From Malacoraja senta (Eukaryota), in contig CM075988.1 of NCBI GenBank assembly GCA_038087875.1, positions 24,986,001-25,050,000 on the forward strand: a stretch of 64,000 nucleotides of DNA, given 5' to 3'. Positions 52,770 through 64,000 of this stretch are shown here, in pieces (the first letter of the stretch is position 1; every line of letters starts with the position of its first letter). A model generated the notes under the pieces. The model was not told the DNA's origin, did no database searches, and saw only the letters and a program-made list of their open reading frames with translations. A program made the position numbers and the translations under genes.

Positions 52770-53714
52770 AGAATCCACTCTATGTAAAGCAATTTGGATC
52801 AGCTGATGGATTTGAAACATTCTATATAAATACAATTTCTCCATTGTTGTGACAATGTCGTTCAATATTCTATGTGCTTTGAATATTTTGTTTTATTATA
52901 CACCTCACTGTGAGAAAATCTCTAATAACTCTTCTCTCCTCCCTTAGTTTATATATTAACCTTTTGAATCTACCATAAAGTTTCTTGATATTCAAATGCA
53001 GCCCAAAGGTCTTGTGTGAACTTGTTTTTGCTCTCTATTCATTTGAATTGTTTCTTCCCTGGCTTTTCTGCTTCGTGTCCCAGCACCAGATTTTGCTTTG
53101 GAACACTTTATTCAAATGAATTACAATCTGAGACAAATAATAATGCAACTTCACACTATCAGCTGGTGCATAGTGGTCACATTTAGGACTCGATGCCTCT
53201 GGGCCAAGGAAGAGTGAAGAAATCAGCCAAGGTCTTATGACGTTAATCAGAATAGAGTGAGGAGGAGTTAGCTACCGAGGTACACGTTTGTTTAGCCATT
53301 GCTTCTGTTAGTTATTTTAACCTCAAACCCTCGTTCTTTGTTGATATCCCTTCAATGCTATTTCATTCCCACCAGAGTTACTATGTATCTTCATTTCATA
53401 GACTGAAGATTGTGCATCAGCCGGTTTATTTTCCACACTCTTGTAACTCTTTGGACAAAGAAATGTTTTTCTAAATTTGAACTTAACTGGGTTTAAATTT
53501 CAAATCCCAAATTCTGGATTCCTCCGTTGAAGGAGAGTGTCCTTTGTGCTATCATTTCCCTTGACATGGTGCCAACTGAAGACACAAGATTAGGAGGTGG
53601 GGTGGGTTCACATCTGGTCTCACAACAGTTCATTGTAAGGCAAAGGTTTAATTGACTCAGGAATACAGACTGGTTAAAGGAGGGAATAAACAGAGCTTAT
53701 TAAATAAGAAACCA

Positions 53715-54040
53715 TAGCAACTTCTCTGGCGAGAGATGCAAGGCTCCCTGTCACGGTTCGTCCCAAGCAGCTGGGTAACAGAAGACTCTCTCATTTATGG
53801 GCTCGTTCCCCGGCACAAGTTCAAAGACCAACATCAAGTGTGGCTGGAAGACCATCAATTCGGTGAAAGATGGTCTGCCCCAAAGCATGTTGGTCTGACA
53901 GCACAGCAAGATGTCCATAAGGGAATGGTGCAGACTGGCCAATTCCAGACCACAGGGGTACAAGCTGTGGGGTCCACCAATGCTCAGTGCAGCCAACACC
54001 AAGGCTGTCTGGAGGAGGACCACAGTCCAGGGTCCTTCCA
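53715..54040 (+). mobile_element. Tx1/L1-type LINE ORF2 C-terminal remnant
   Basis: WREMQGSLSRFVPSSWVTEDSLIYGL, then in another frame WKTINSVKD..EWCRLANSR..KAVWRRTTV. Confidence 0.6.
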
Positions 54041-54794
54041 TTACTTGAGGGGCTGAGTCTAGTGAAGACACCCCTCAAATAAGAGAAGGGATATCACCCC
54101 TGGGGCCACATGAGTGGCAATGGCGCTGTTTGTGAAGTAAAAGGGAGGTGCTAATCCTGAGTATAACACTAGTAATATTGAATGTATAGACATTCTATAA
54201 ACGAAAGCAGGGTCATTTCTCCTGTGGGATGCATTGAATGGAGGATAGTTGTAGACAGATCCAATGCTCAAAGTCCATCTCCCTCTCCTTACCATGCGTG
54301 TTTGACAGGGTCTCCACACTGGGTGGGAATAATGTCATTTTAGGCAGCATTTTAGAAGGACATCGTGGTCGGACCCGCTGGTGTTCAGTGAGAAGCATCC
54401 AGGGAATGCATGTGTCAAGGACAAGTCCAATGTTTATTGGTCGGCACTTGCTGGACAGAGATGGTGAAATGCTGGGGCCATTTGATGGTCCTGATGTCGT
54501 TCAGACCAGTTGAAGATTGGCTATTTCAGTGCTAATATAAGAAATAAAGATTTATAAATGTTTAGCACTGTGAAAGGTTGATTGCACTCACGGCCTCCTG
54601 TTAAATAAGAAAAGGAATTTGCATTTCTATAACTTTGTTCATGGCTAAAGCACTCTACAGTCAATGGAGTATTTCTGAAGCACAGAAAAGGAAGTAAGAA
54701 TAGAGGTGAAGGACTATTACGCACTAAAAGATATGGGAGCTTCCAGCCACTCACAAACCCGTGTTTTCTTCCTCCTTTCCTCCTTTCTCTTTGA

Positions 54795-54982
54795 AAGTGG
54801 TGGAGGCCGGTGCTCCGGATACTTTCAAGAGAGAGCTATATAGGGCTCTTAAAGATAGCGGAGTCAGGAGATATAGGGAGAAGGCAGGAACGGGGTACTG
54901 ATTGTTTAGACGCCACCATGATCACATTGAATGGCGGCGCTGGCTCGAAGGGCCGAATGGCCTACTCCTGCACCTATTGTCT
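54795..54982 (+). mobile_element. CR1 LINE 3' end
   Basis: Same family as 26040-26237. Confidence 0.82.
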
Positions 54983-55380
54983 AAAACTTGTTTTACATTT
55001 CCAATTCTGTCAGAAAGTCGTTAACATGAACCACTAACACTGTTTCTTCCCCCACACCCATTGCCTGACCTGCTGAGTATATCCGGCCTATTCTGTTTTC
55101 ATTTCAGGTTCCCAGCATCTGCATTATTTTGCTTTCAGAAGCAATTGGGAGGTCGGATCATGGTTGAACTGTAAGCACGGCCACAGAGTTGTTGGAGCAT
55201 CGAGTGTCCTTTGATAAAGAATGTAAGTGAATCAGTTGAGTTCTTTTGATTTCATCATTACTTTTACTATGATTAATTTTGCTTTATTTCTGTATATTTT
55301 GAAACTGAATATAAAATTCTCAGTTTGCCCTGGTGGAATCTAAGGTGGTGTTCCCTGGGTTATTCTTCAGTGGTCCCACA

Positions 55381-55859
55381 GAAACATAGAAAATAGGTGC
55401 AGGAGTAGGCCGTTGGGCCTTTCGAACCAGCACCGCCATTCAATATAATAATGGCTGATCATCCAAAATCAGTATCCCGTTCCTGCTTTTTCCCCATATC
55501 CCTTGATTCCTTTAGACCTTAGAGCTAAATATAACTCTTAGCATTGTCTATTAGGTCCAGGATAAATGCCTTCAGGTCGGTCATAGTGATACAGTGTGGC
55601 AACAGGCCCTTTGGCCTAACTCACCAACAATGTCCCAGCTACACTAGTCCCACCTGCCACTTGGTCCATATCCCTCCAAACCTGTCCTATCCATGTACCT
55701 GCCTAAATGTTTCTTAAACGATGAGATAGTCCCTGCCTCAACTATCTCCTCTGGCAGCTTGTTCCATACACCAACCACCCTTTGAGTGAAAATGTCACCC
55801 CTGAGATTCCTATTAAATCTTTTCCCCTTCACCTTGAACTGATGTCCTGTGGTCCTCTA
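55381..55859 (-). mobile_element. Two CR1 3' ends (55381-55538 and 55581-55859)
   Basis: ORF 55644-55832 contains RFNRNLRGDIFTQRVVGVWNKLPEEIVEAG; CR1 3' UTR motifs present. Confidence 0.85.
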
Positions 55860-56393
55860 TGATATCCCACCACCAGTGCAGATTCCATTGCGCTCAGCCT
55901 CCACTTGTGTGTGGCATCTGAACACGGAAATGGAGGATTGCCAATATCTGAGAAACCAGCCCTGAGATCCTGGAAACGATGTCGGGAATCGGGCAAGAAT
56001 CACGCGTTAGGACAAGATGTACAAGCGAGAAATGGGCCAGGACATTTCAAAGCCCAGCGGGGAGGCGACAGCGAACGGGTTAAGTTGTCAAAGTGAAGGC
56101 GTTGACTGCGGGAGCGAGATTTTTTTTCTCCTTTGATGATGTCGGAGAGATCTCTCATCCTCTTTGTTTCAACCCCGTACAAAGGATAACATTATTTCAA
56201 GGCACGATGCTGCCATCCGCACCTGACAGATCGCTTCCCAAGGAATGTAGCCGGAATCTTAATATCTGTCTGTGCCCAGCCATTGATTCCTGACCCTGCC
56301 TGTTGATGCAGTTGCTCAGCATCCCGTAACACCCACCTAACGCCCCCAGCTCCCCTCACCTCCCCCCACCATCCCTCCTCTCCCCACCCTCCA

Positions 56394-56870
56394 CACATAC
56401 ATTCACAGTTACATTCACACACACACAAGCACGCATACACATATACAAGCACACGTACACACACACACAAGCACGCATACACACACACATACAAGCACAC
56501 ATACACATGTACATTCACACATGCACANNNNNNNNNNNNNNNNNNNNNNNNNNNNNNNNNNNNNNNNNNNNNNNNNNNNNNNNNNNNNNNNNNNNNNNNN
56601 NNNNNNNNNNNNNNNNNNNNNNNNNNNNNNNNNNNNNNNNNNNNNNNNNNNNNNNNNNNNNNNNNNNNNNNNNNNNNNNNNNNNNNNNNNNNNNNNNNNN
56701 NNNNNNAAGCACATATACACACATACAAGCACACACACATATATACACATAAACACATGCATTCACACACACATACACACACATACAAGCGTGCACACGC
56801 AAGCACACACACATACATCCACAGACATCATAGACGCACACACAGAGACACAGACATACATACACACAGA
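56394..56870. repeat. (CA)n-rich degenerate microsatellite spanning a gap
   Basis: Direct reading. Confidence 0.95.
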
Positions 56871-57906
56871 CCCACCTGTCTCTCCCACAGGTGACACGGT
56901 ACATGTTAAACACAGGATGGTGGATTGGCGAGCGGTCTATACTGTACCGCTGCCGCCTGCGAGTGAAGCGGCCTCTTCATCCCGCCCGCCCCATGGAGAA
57001 GTCGTTAAGAGGAACCGACTTGAAGCCTCCAATTCCAAGCCCACCTTTCCCCCGCGGCCCTTCCTTCCTTCCTTCCTTCCTTCCCCTGCGCCCCACCACA
57101 GACAGGACTTGCCAGCCTGCATCTAACCAATTCTTATATTTCTTGTTGCTCTTCTGTTTATTGAAATAATTGGTTTGAAGCAGCCGGCATCGGTTTCAGT
57201 AACCTATCGGGATGAATCAGATCCACTTATTAGTATTTCCTACTATCTTAATGATCATGCAGCCCCCCCCCCTCTCCCCTCTCCCTAAACAGTATTACCA
57301 GTGTGTTAGAGATGACCCCCCCTCCCTACTCGTAGAGTCGGGGTGAATCCAGCATGCTGGCGCTTACACCGTGCTGGTTTGGATAGCTGAGGTTGTTATA
57401 ATAGAGACCCCCCTCCCCTCCCCTCACCTCGCCACCTCTCTGTCCATCTTTCCCCCCCGGTCTGCAGCAGCAGAGGGAAGGGAGCGGTAATCAGAGCGCT
57501 ATTGATTTCTGTTTCCGCCAGTGCTGTTAGCGTTTCGTCTGACTCGGGGAGAGAGAGTCTGACAAAGGAGAAATACTTTCCAGGAGAGAGAGAGAGGGGG
57601 CAGTGTGGTCTTGCAAACACTCCTGTATGTCACTGATTAGTGCCTGGTGTGTGTCGGCCATCGGCAACCTCCTTCACCACAGTCAGCTCCAGACTATCTG
57701 CGCTGTAAAAAAAAAAACCCAAATTCGAGCGAGCCAGCCGCATCGATAGCTCTATGTCTGTCTACACGGTTACGTTTAAAGACAGTCCCTGTGATGTCGG
57801 GTCTGGACGAGACAGGCGGCGAGGATTATGTTCCTGGCGTGTGTATGTGTTCTGAAGAGGTGAGGAAAATAAGTGGGACATTCGTGCATGAGGCTGGACG
57901 TATTTT

Positions 57907-57907
<1 letters not shown>

Positions 57908-57941
<34 letters not shown>
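57908..57941. repeat. (GACA)n microsatellite
   Basis: Direct reading. Confidence 0.95.
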
Positions 57942-57942
<1 letters not shown>

Positions 57943-59509
57943 TACGCCACCTTGTTCTAGTTACCCGTCTCCGAGGCCAGGGTTACCAATGTGGGATTTT
58001 CTCTTTTTTTTTTAATGTCATGTTTGAATGGACAGTAGTTGGGGTTTCCAGCGAAGGGCCCCTGCCTGAGTCGGTCACCCTGCTAGCTGTCTGGCCCCCG
58101 CTTCCTCTCCGATGGTGGTTCCAGTCCGTCTGGGTCTAAGATCGATCATCTTATTCGCGTCGTTATATTTAAAAAAAACCAGAGAGGGGGACTGGGGGAA
58201 TGCGAGAGAAAAGGAGACTGCTTTTTTTTTTTGTTAAGGGGGAGGGGGAGAGGGGAGGGGGGGGGGTGTTGCTTCCCTCCGCGAGATTTTGTTTTTTGGA
58301 GCCGTTTCTGTCGGCACAAAGTTCACGGAAAGTGCCTGTTCCTCTGGCCGCCGATGACCAAGAATGACACAAGGAATAGAACAGGGTATGTACAAGAGGG
58401 AGGGGGGGGAGGGAGAGAGAGAGAGGGGGGGGGGGCAGTATGTCTGCCAGATTCCCCCCTGTGTATACTGAATGACACATCAGAACTGCAGTTGTTAATT
58501 TGGCCTTGGCTTGTTGCAGGCAGCTGATGCATGAGGCCCCTGTGACAGGGTTCGCAAAATACATAGCGAAGAGAGCAGCCGAGAAGGTGGCAGCCCGATG
58601 GAGGGAGGGAGGGGGGGGGGGTTTAAAGAGAGGACGAGAAATAGGAGACTGAATATCCTCGGTGCGAGCGGAGATCTGTCTGTACCTGGTTTACCATTTG
58701 GTCGAAAGCTGGGATTACGGGGCAACGAAAATCAGAATTTCTTTATTTTTTCTCTCTCTCTCTCTCTCGACAGTCACGTTCTGAGATTGGTGTGATTTGT
58801 TTTTTAATCATTACATTTCCTCTCCACTCCTCCCCGGGGCTGGTTGCAGACTGTGTGAATTCCATACGAATAGGTGAGTTGTGAAGTGATGTTTGGTTAT
58901 CACCTCTTCCCACCCACCGCCGTCTTCCTCTGCTTGTCATTTGCTTCTTAAACCTGATATTTATGGGCTCGGGGCTGGGTAAATCCCCCCTGTCTCTCGA
59001 CTTGCTTGGCAGACTCTGCCTCCTCTCTCTCTCTCTACCCCCTCTCCTCTTCATTTCCTCCCATATTTCACCATAACAGGATGAACGATCAGCCCTGGAC
59101 ATGCTGAGAGAATAGGAAGGGGGGTGGGGGGGTGGGGACTTCTCTAAAGAGACCCCCCCCCAAATAATATATAATATATGATATATATTTATATCTAATG
59201 TCATAAATAAATGCCCGGCTGATTAAAATGCAGCCAAAAGCACCGACAAGAGGGAACAATGTCCGATTTCTAACCTTCCTTCTGTTTCTCAACATTTCTC
59301 GACACCGATTTTAAATCTCATTTATTCTTGCAAAGTAGAACTGGTTAAAGATGCGGGCAAGGTGAGACTTGGTGTGATTGGCAGGAATGAAGAGGTGGTG
59401 TCGGGCTAAGGCGAAGAAGAAGATTAGATTCCTTGCGACTTACTCCGACTGTTTTTTTTTAACTCCATTTAATATATATCTCTCTAAGTGTGTATTTATA
59501 AAAACATTG

Positions 59510-59597
59510 TGCACTCCTCTCAGTCCCTGAGACCCTAACTTGTGATGTGAATCTCCTTAATCCACGGGTTAGGCTCTTGGGAGCTGCGTGCCGTGCG
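59510..59597 (+). ncRNA. mir-125b: miR-125b precursor hairpin (miR-125b-1-like); mature 5p 59524-59545, 3p 59564-59585
   Basis: TCCCTGAGACCCTAACTTGTGA is exact miR-125b-5p, and ACGGGTTAGGCTCTTGGGAGCT is the miR-125b-1-type 3p arm. Microprocessor motifs: basal UG at -14 (59510-59511), apical UGUG (59546-59549), CNNC (CATC 59602-59605). Confidence 0.98.
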
Positions 59598-61698
59598 TTG
59601 ACATCTCAAAATAGGAGGCCATTTGGGAAGGGCCAGGTCTGGTGTTGAGGTGTGTGGGCGAGGGGTGGCTAAATGGAACAATGTCAGTCAGATGACAATC
59701 TCACAGACGTCAGCTGGGATGAAAATTGTGTGTTTTTTAAAATTGAAACAAAAGGCAATGTCCAGTTTTGCGCGTTTAACTTTCACTCCGCGCACACATG
59801 TTGTCAAGTGTCGGATGAGACGGTGTGGGGGTTTTTCTTTTTCTTTTCTCGAGCGACGTCTCAGCCGCTGTTTCTATTGTCAAAAAAAATTAATAAATCG
59901 AATAAAATGACTGACACTTTGAACTGATTCCGTGTGTGAGGTTTTGATGTTCTTCGCGAGTCCTCGTTAAGGGGAACGCCGGCATTTGTGTGTTGGACTG
60001 TGGCGAGGGATTGTAAATTATCACCACTGAGGTGACCCCTGTGAGGGAGCCCTTCATTCTGCCCTNNNNNNNNNNNNNNNNNNNNNNNNNNNNNNNNNNN
60101 NNNNNNNNNNNNNNNNNNNNNNNNNNNNNNNNNNNNNNNNNNNNNNNNNNNNNNNNNNNNNNNNNNNNNNNNNNNNNNNNNNNNNNNNNNNNNNNNNNNN
60201 NNNNNNNNNNNNNNNNNNNNNNNNNNNNNNNNNNNNNNNNNNNNNNNNNNNNNNNNNNNNNNNNNNNNNNNNNNNNNNNNNNNNNNNNNNNNNNNNNNNN
60301 NNNNNNNNNNNNNNNNNNNNNNNNNNNNNNNNNNNNNNNNNNNNNNNNNNNNNNNNNNNNNNNNNNNNNNNNNNNNNNNNNNNNNNNNNNNNNNNNNNNN
60401 NNNNNNNNNNNNNNNNNNNNNGAGGGGAGAGGGGGAGGGGTGGGGATAAATATAATACTGAGCAGAGGACAGAGATTTCTTTCCCCGCCAGGTAAGATGG
60501 TGTAAAACAAAGTTGTGCAGACATCCTCCCTCCCTCCCTCCCCTCCTCTCCTCAATTAACCTCCTCCTTGTCTCGTCACAACATCACTCGCTGCCCCGTC
60601 TCCTTGCGGGTGCGTCAGCGAGGGGTCGGGAGATCCCGCCGCTACAACCCGCATTTAATCATTGGGTTAACGAGGTAAAATGTCCAACTGATGCTACACA
60701 GGGGGGCAGTCAGTCAGACAGACAGAACAATGATACCGCCCACGTGAGGAGACAGCGAGACAGGTGCCCCGGGCTGAACAGGTAGGCAGGTGCTTCAGAG
60801 AGAGGTGGCGTTGAGAGGGGGATTCCTGAGGCCGGGATACTCTGATGGTTACGAGGTTGGGGGAGACGAGAGCACACGTGAATGGCGCGAATGAGTGGGA
60901 AGAAGCAACTTTAAAAATAAATTAGAATATATATATATATATGTTTTAAACCCCAACCGCAGCTCCGAGCACCAGGTAACTGTAACGGGAAATTTCGGGG
61001 GGGAAGGGCAAGAGAGAGAAAATGCCTCTTTCCAGGTTTAGAGTTTCGGCCCCATAGGTTGTTTTACTTACAAGGTGAGGGGGAAGAGAACTGGAGGAAC
61101 ATAAAACGAGAAACTGATTGGGCGATGAATCTGAGCGGGGGCACCAGGTTTGGGATAATTTGGTGAAAAAGACGTCTGTCTCACAGTGAGGAAGGTTTAA
61201 TCAATGGGGAAGGTAGCATTCGGCCACTGCAGCACAAACAGGTTGGCCCAGCGGTGAAGTGCATTGAAATGAATAGCATAATTGCTAGTTGGGTCAATCA
61301 CCGATCGGCTAGACTGGTCCAGACACATCAATTAGTGCTGTCTTTAAAGGGGAGGGGAGGGGGGTCTCAGCAGAAACAAGCGGGCCCTTATTGATACTGA
61401 TCTCCACAGCGGGAAAAAAAAACCTCCAGCTAGCAAAGTTCAAACCTACACCAGCATCTGTGGATGGAAATTTGAAATAAAAACACTCCCAGAAAAAAAA
61501 TACCGACGAAATATAACGACACCGTCACCCCCCACTGATACAAATATTGGGGGAGGGGGGGGGGGTCGTAGACTTGAGATTTTTTTTCTTTGTGGCTCTC
61601 TTTCTGAGGGCTACAACCAGTCAGTGTGCCCTGCCAAACTATTGACTGGTTTAAAGAAATCTTTGATTCAGTCGTGTAAAATCACTCGGCATTATTTG

Positions 61699-61891
61699 GT
61701 GTAGGAAGGAACTGCAGATGTTGGTTTAAACCGAAGATAGACACAAGATGCTGGATTAACTCAGCGGGACAGAGGCAGCATCTCTGGAGAGAAGGAATGG
61801 GTGACGTTTCGGGTCGAGACCCTTCTTCAGACAGGGAGAAGGGCCTCGACCCTAAACGTCACCCATTCCTTCTCTCCAGAGATGCTGCCTC
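61699..61891. mobile_element. Penelope-like inverted pair; intact hammerhead core on - strand (61803-61830)
   Basis: A - strand copy at 61699-61832 is followed by a + strand copy at 61837-61891, forming a ~55-bp inverted repeat. Confidence 0.75.
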
Positions 61892-62161
61892 TACTCTACT
61901 GTCTCTCTCTGGAGGAGAGGGTTGTGGGGAAAGGCAGTGCCGTTATCTTTCACCTGAGAATGCCCACCATTCTGATCTCTCCCGGGCGGGTGAGCCGGTG
62001 GTGAGTGTCGGTGTGGGGAGAACTCGCATGCCTCGTTCATTCACCTGCCCATTTATTAATTAAGGCAGCATCAGGATGTTGCGGAAAGAAGAGAAAGGTC
62101 GGATGAAACATGCGCCGTGGGCTTTGACAGCTCTGTGTAGACAATAGACGCAGGGGCCAAA

Positions 62162-62163
<2 letters not shown>

Positions 62164-62198
<35 letters not shown>
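62164..62198. repeat. (GA)n microsatellite
   Basis: Direct reading. Confidence 0.95.
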
Positions 62199-62200
<2 letters not shown>

Positions 62201-64000
62201 CTGTTGAGGGTTTGAGATTGTACCTGCGCTTTATAGAACAAGAGACAAGGTGTTCCTTTCGTCAACTATGGACTTGAATCACACAAAATTGTGCCGAAAA
62301 TGTCGCGACACTTGTGTGTAGTCTCAGTGCAATGTACTATTCCTGCACACTTGTACTCCAGTATCATTGTGCCTATGGATAATAAGATTTTTGTTTCTGA
62401 ACTCTATGCAAAAAAACCCGCTCTTTCACTGTACCTAGGTACGTGTGAGAATAAAGTTCCCTTGAACCATTGAATGTAGCCAGAGTTTTAATCTGGTTTG
62501 AAGTGGTGATCATGAGGTCTTATTGTTTGGGGTGGGACAGGGGGGTGGAATCGCAAGACGTAGGGGTGTCACCAATTACCCCCATTAACCCCAAATAACT
62601 ATATGATGGGCATAATGAGCCTAATGATGTTTAATTTATGATTGATGTTAAGACGTCCTGTCACTCGCTTTTCCTCTTCCTCCCTCATTAACCAAGCGAA
62701 TCATTAGGAGGCGAAAAAAAGCGGAAATCGGGCTGTTTTTCTTTTCTTCTGTTGGATAATGGGTTAATCGCCTGTGGAACATGGTTAGATTAATTATACA
62801 CATTGGGAGACAACCCACCAATCTATCTCAGTGAAGGCATTCGGGTCTGACCTCCCCCCTGATGGAATTCCACACTGACTTGAATAAAACCTCAGGTAAA
62901 AAGGCTGGCGGGTCGAGCAGTCTTTTATTGGAGCCGACTACATCCGACCCACCTCCCCCCAGGCTGGGTTTATTCATTTTAAAACACCAGAATAAATCTT
63001 TCACACAGTAAGCGATGATATCCTCCACACAAGAAGATATACACAGCTGCACCACCGTTGTAGACTTATCCGCTCATCAGTAAAACGCTGCAGTCAAACA
63101 CAAAACCTGCACTGCATTGTCTGTAATCCTTTATTTTATATTATTGCACAAGAGAGAATCTTTCTGTTGATTTGCTAAATGTTTCCGTTCCAGTCCCCAG
63201 AAGCGATTGAAACACCGACAGTTTCCATTTCACCCAGAGCCGCTAAGCTAAAAGAACTGTTTCAGCTCCAACGCCAGTCTCTCTCTCCCCCTCCCTCCCT
63301 CCCTCTTTATGCCTCTGGTTTCATTTTAAGCAGGAAAATTCAGAGCACGGCCCAATACTGTCTGGTTGGTATGGAAACCAGCGGGGCTATTATCGCATCC
63401 TTCCCATTCGTCACGAAGGAGCTACACTTGACAGAGAATGCAGGAGAGAGAGAGGGGGGAAAAGAATAGCCATTATTAAAAATAAAGAGGACCTTAGAAT
63501 CACTAGACTCCATTGTATGTAGATTAAAACTGTATTTGTAGACGATATGGGCTCCACACACAGGATCCCTCCTATTTAATTGTATTTCCTGAGGTCGGGG
63601 CTCCACGGGTGAAAGAATTTGTTGAGACGCTGCTGGCCAGACACCCGCCACCTTCATTTATTGAGAGCAGATTGTTTTTTTCTCTCTCTCGCTTGCTCGC
63701 CCTCCAGTCGAGGCATTTTATGCTGCTTATAATAAAATGCTTGGTTTAAGACCTGTGTGTTTGCTTATCATAGTCACCGGGAAGCGAGGGACCATTAAGT
63801 TGGTGATTGGGGAACACACAGTGTGTGAGGGGAAGAAATTGCTTCTGAAATTTCTCTTCCACCTGCATTCCTGATTCCCACTCATTGTGGATGTTAACCA
63901 ACGCTGTGGATATCCCTCTAGACTCTAATTGCAAACTCCTGCACCCCGCCTATCTTATTCTTGTTTCCTTTCCTACTTTACAGCTTTGACTGAGCTCCAA

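Larger units (their letters stand above)
28850..64000 (+). ncRNA. Inferred pri-miRNA / lncRNA host transcript (MIR100HG-like); boundaries unknown
   Basis: Three co-oriented miRNAs in the conserved order 100-let-7-125, no coding exons, and several + strand splice-site consensus matches. The extent is inferred. Confidence 0.5.

Noticed and set aside
54213-54513. ORFs next to the Tx1-like remnant
   Set aside because: Could be more TE sequence, but I could not assign any motif.
36915-59509. BLID-like or other coding gene between let-7 and miR-125b
   Set aside because: No ORF with recognisable non-TE protein features.
6435-60555. ORFs containing X runs (6.4-6.7, 10.2-10.5, 31.3-32.0, 56.2-57.1, 59.9-60.6 kb)
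   Set aside because: Artefacts of translating through N gaps.
2181-61891. Recurring ~30-bp palindromic motif as CRISPR repeat or terminator
   Set aside because: Dispersed in both orientations with TSDs in a eukaryotic genome; no regular spacers or cas genes.

Overview
Non-coding vertebrate genomic DNA, almost certainly from a cartilaginous fish (skate/ray-like repeat set: HE1-type V-SINEs, CR1 LINE tails, Deu-domain SINEs). It has five assembly gaps. No host protein-coding gene is supported; the ORF track is noise, low-complexity sequence or retroelement remnants. The core of the window is a complete + strand miR-100 / let-7a / miR-125b cluster (35.56 kb, 36.84 kb, 59.52 kb), i.e. a MIR100HG-type pri-miRNA locus, with TE-poor putative regulatory zones around the hairpins. 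Two ribozyme-bearing mobile families stand out. (1) A ~143-nt retroposon at 37516-37658 (- strand), flanked by a target-site duplication, whose first 54 nt fold into a complete minimal HDV-like ribozyme, followed by a stem-loop and an (AAG)n tail. (2) Roughly 25 fragments of a Penelope-like terminal repeat, several with an intact minimal hammerhead ribozyme core. Family names come from recognition, not database searches, and TE boundaries are approximate unless a TSD or TIR is given.
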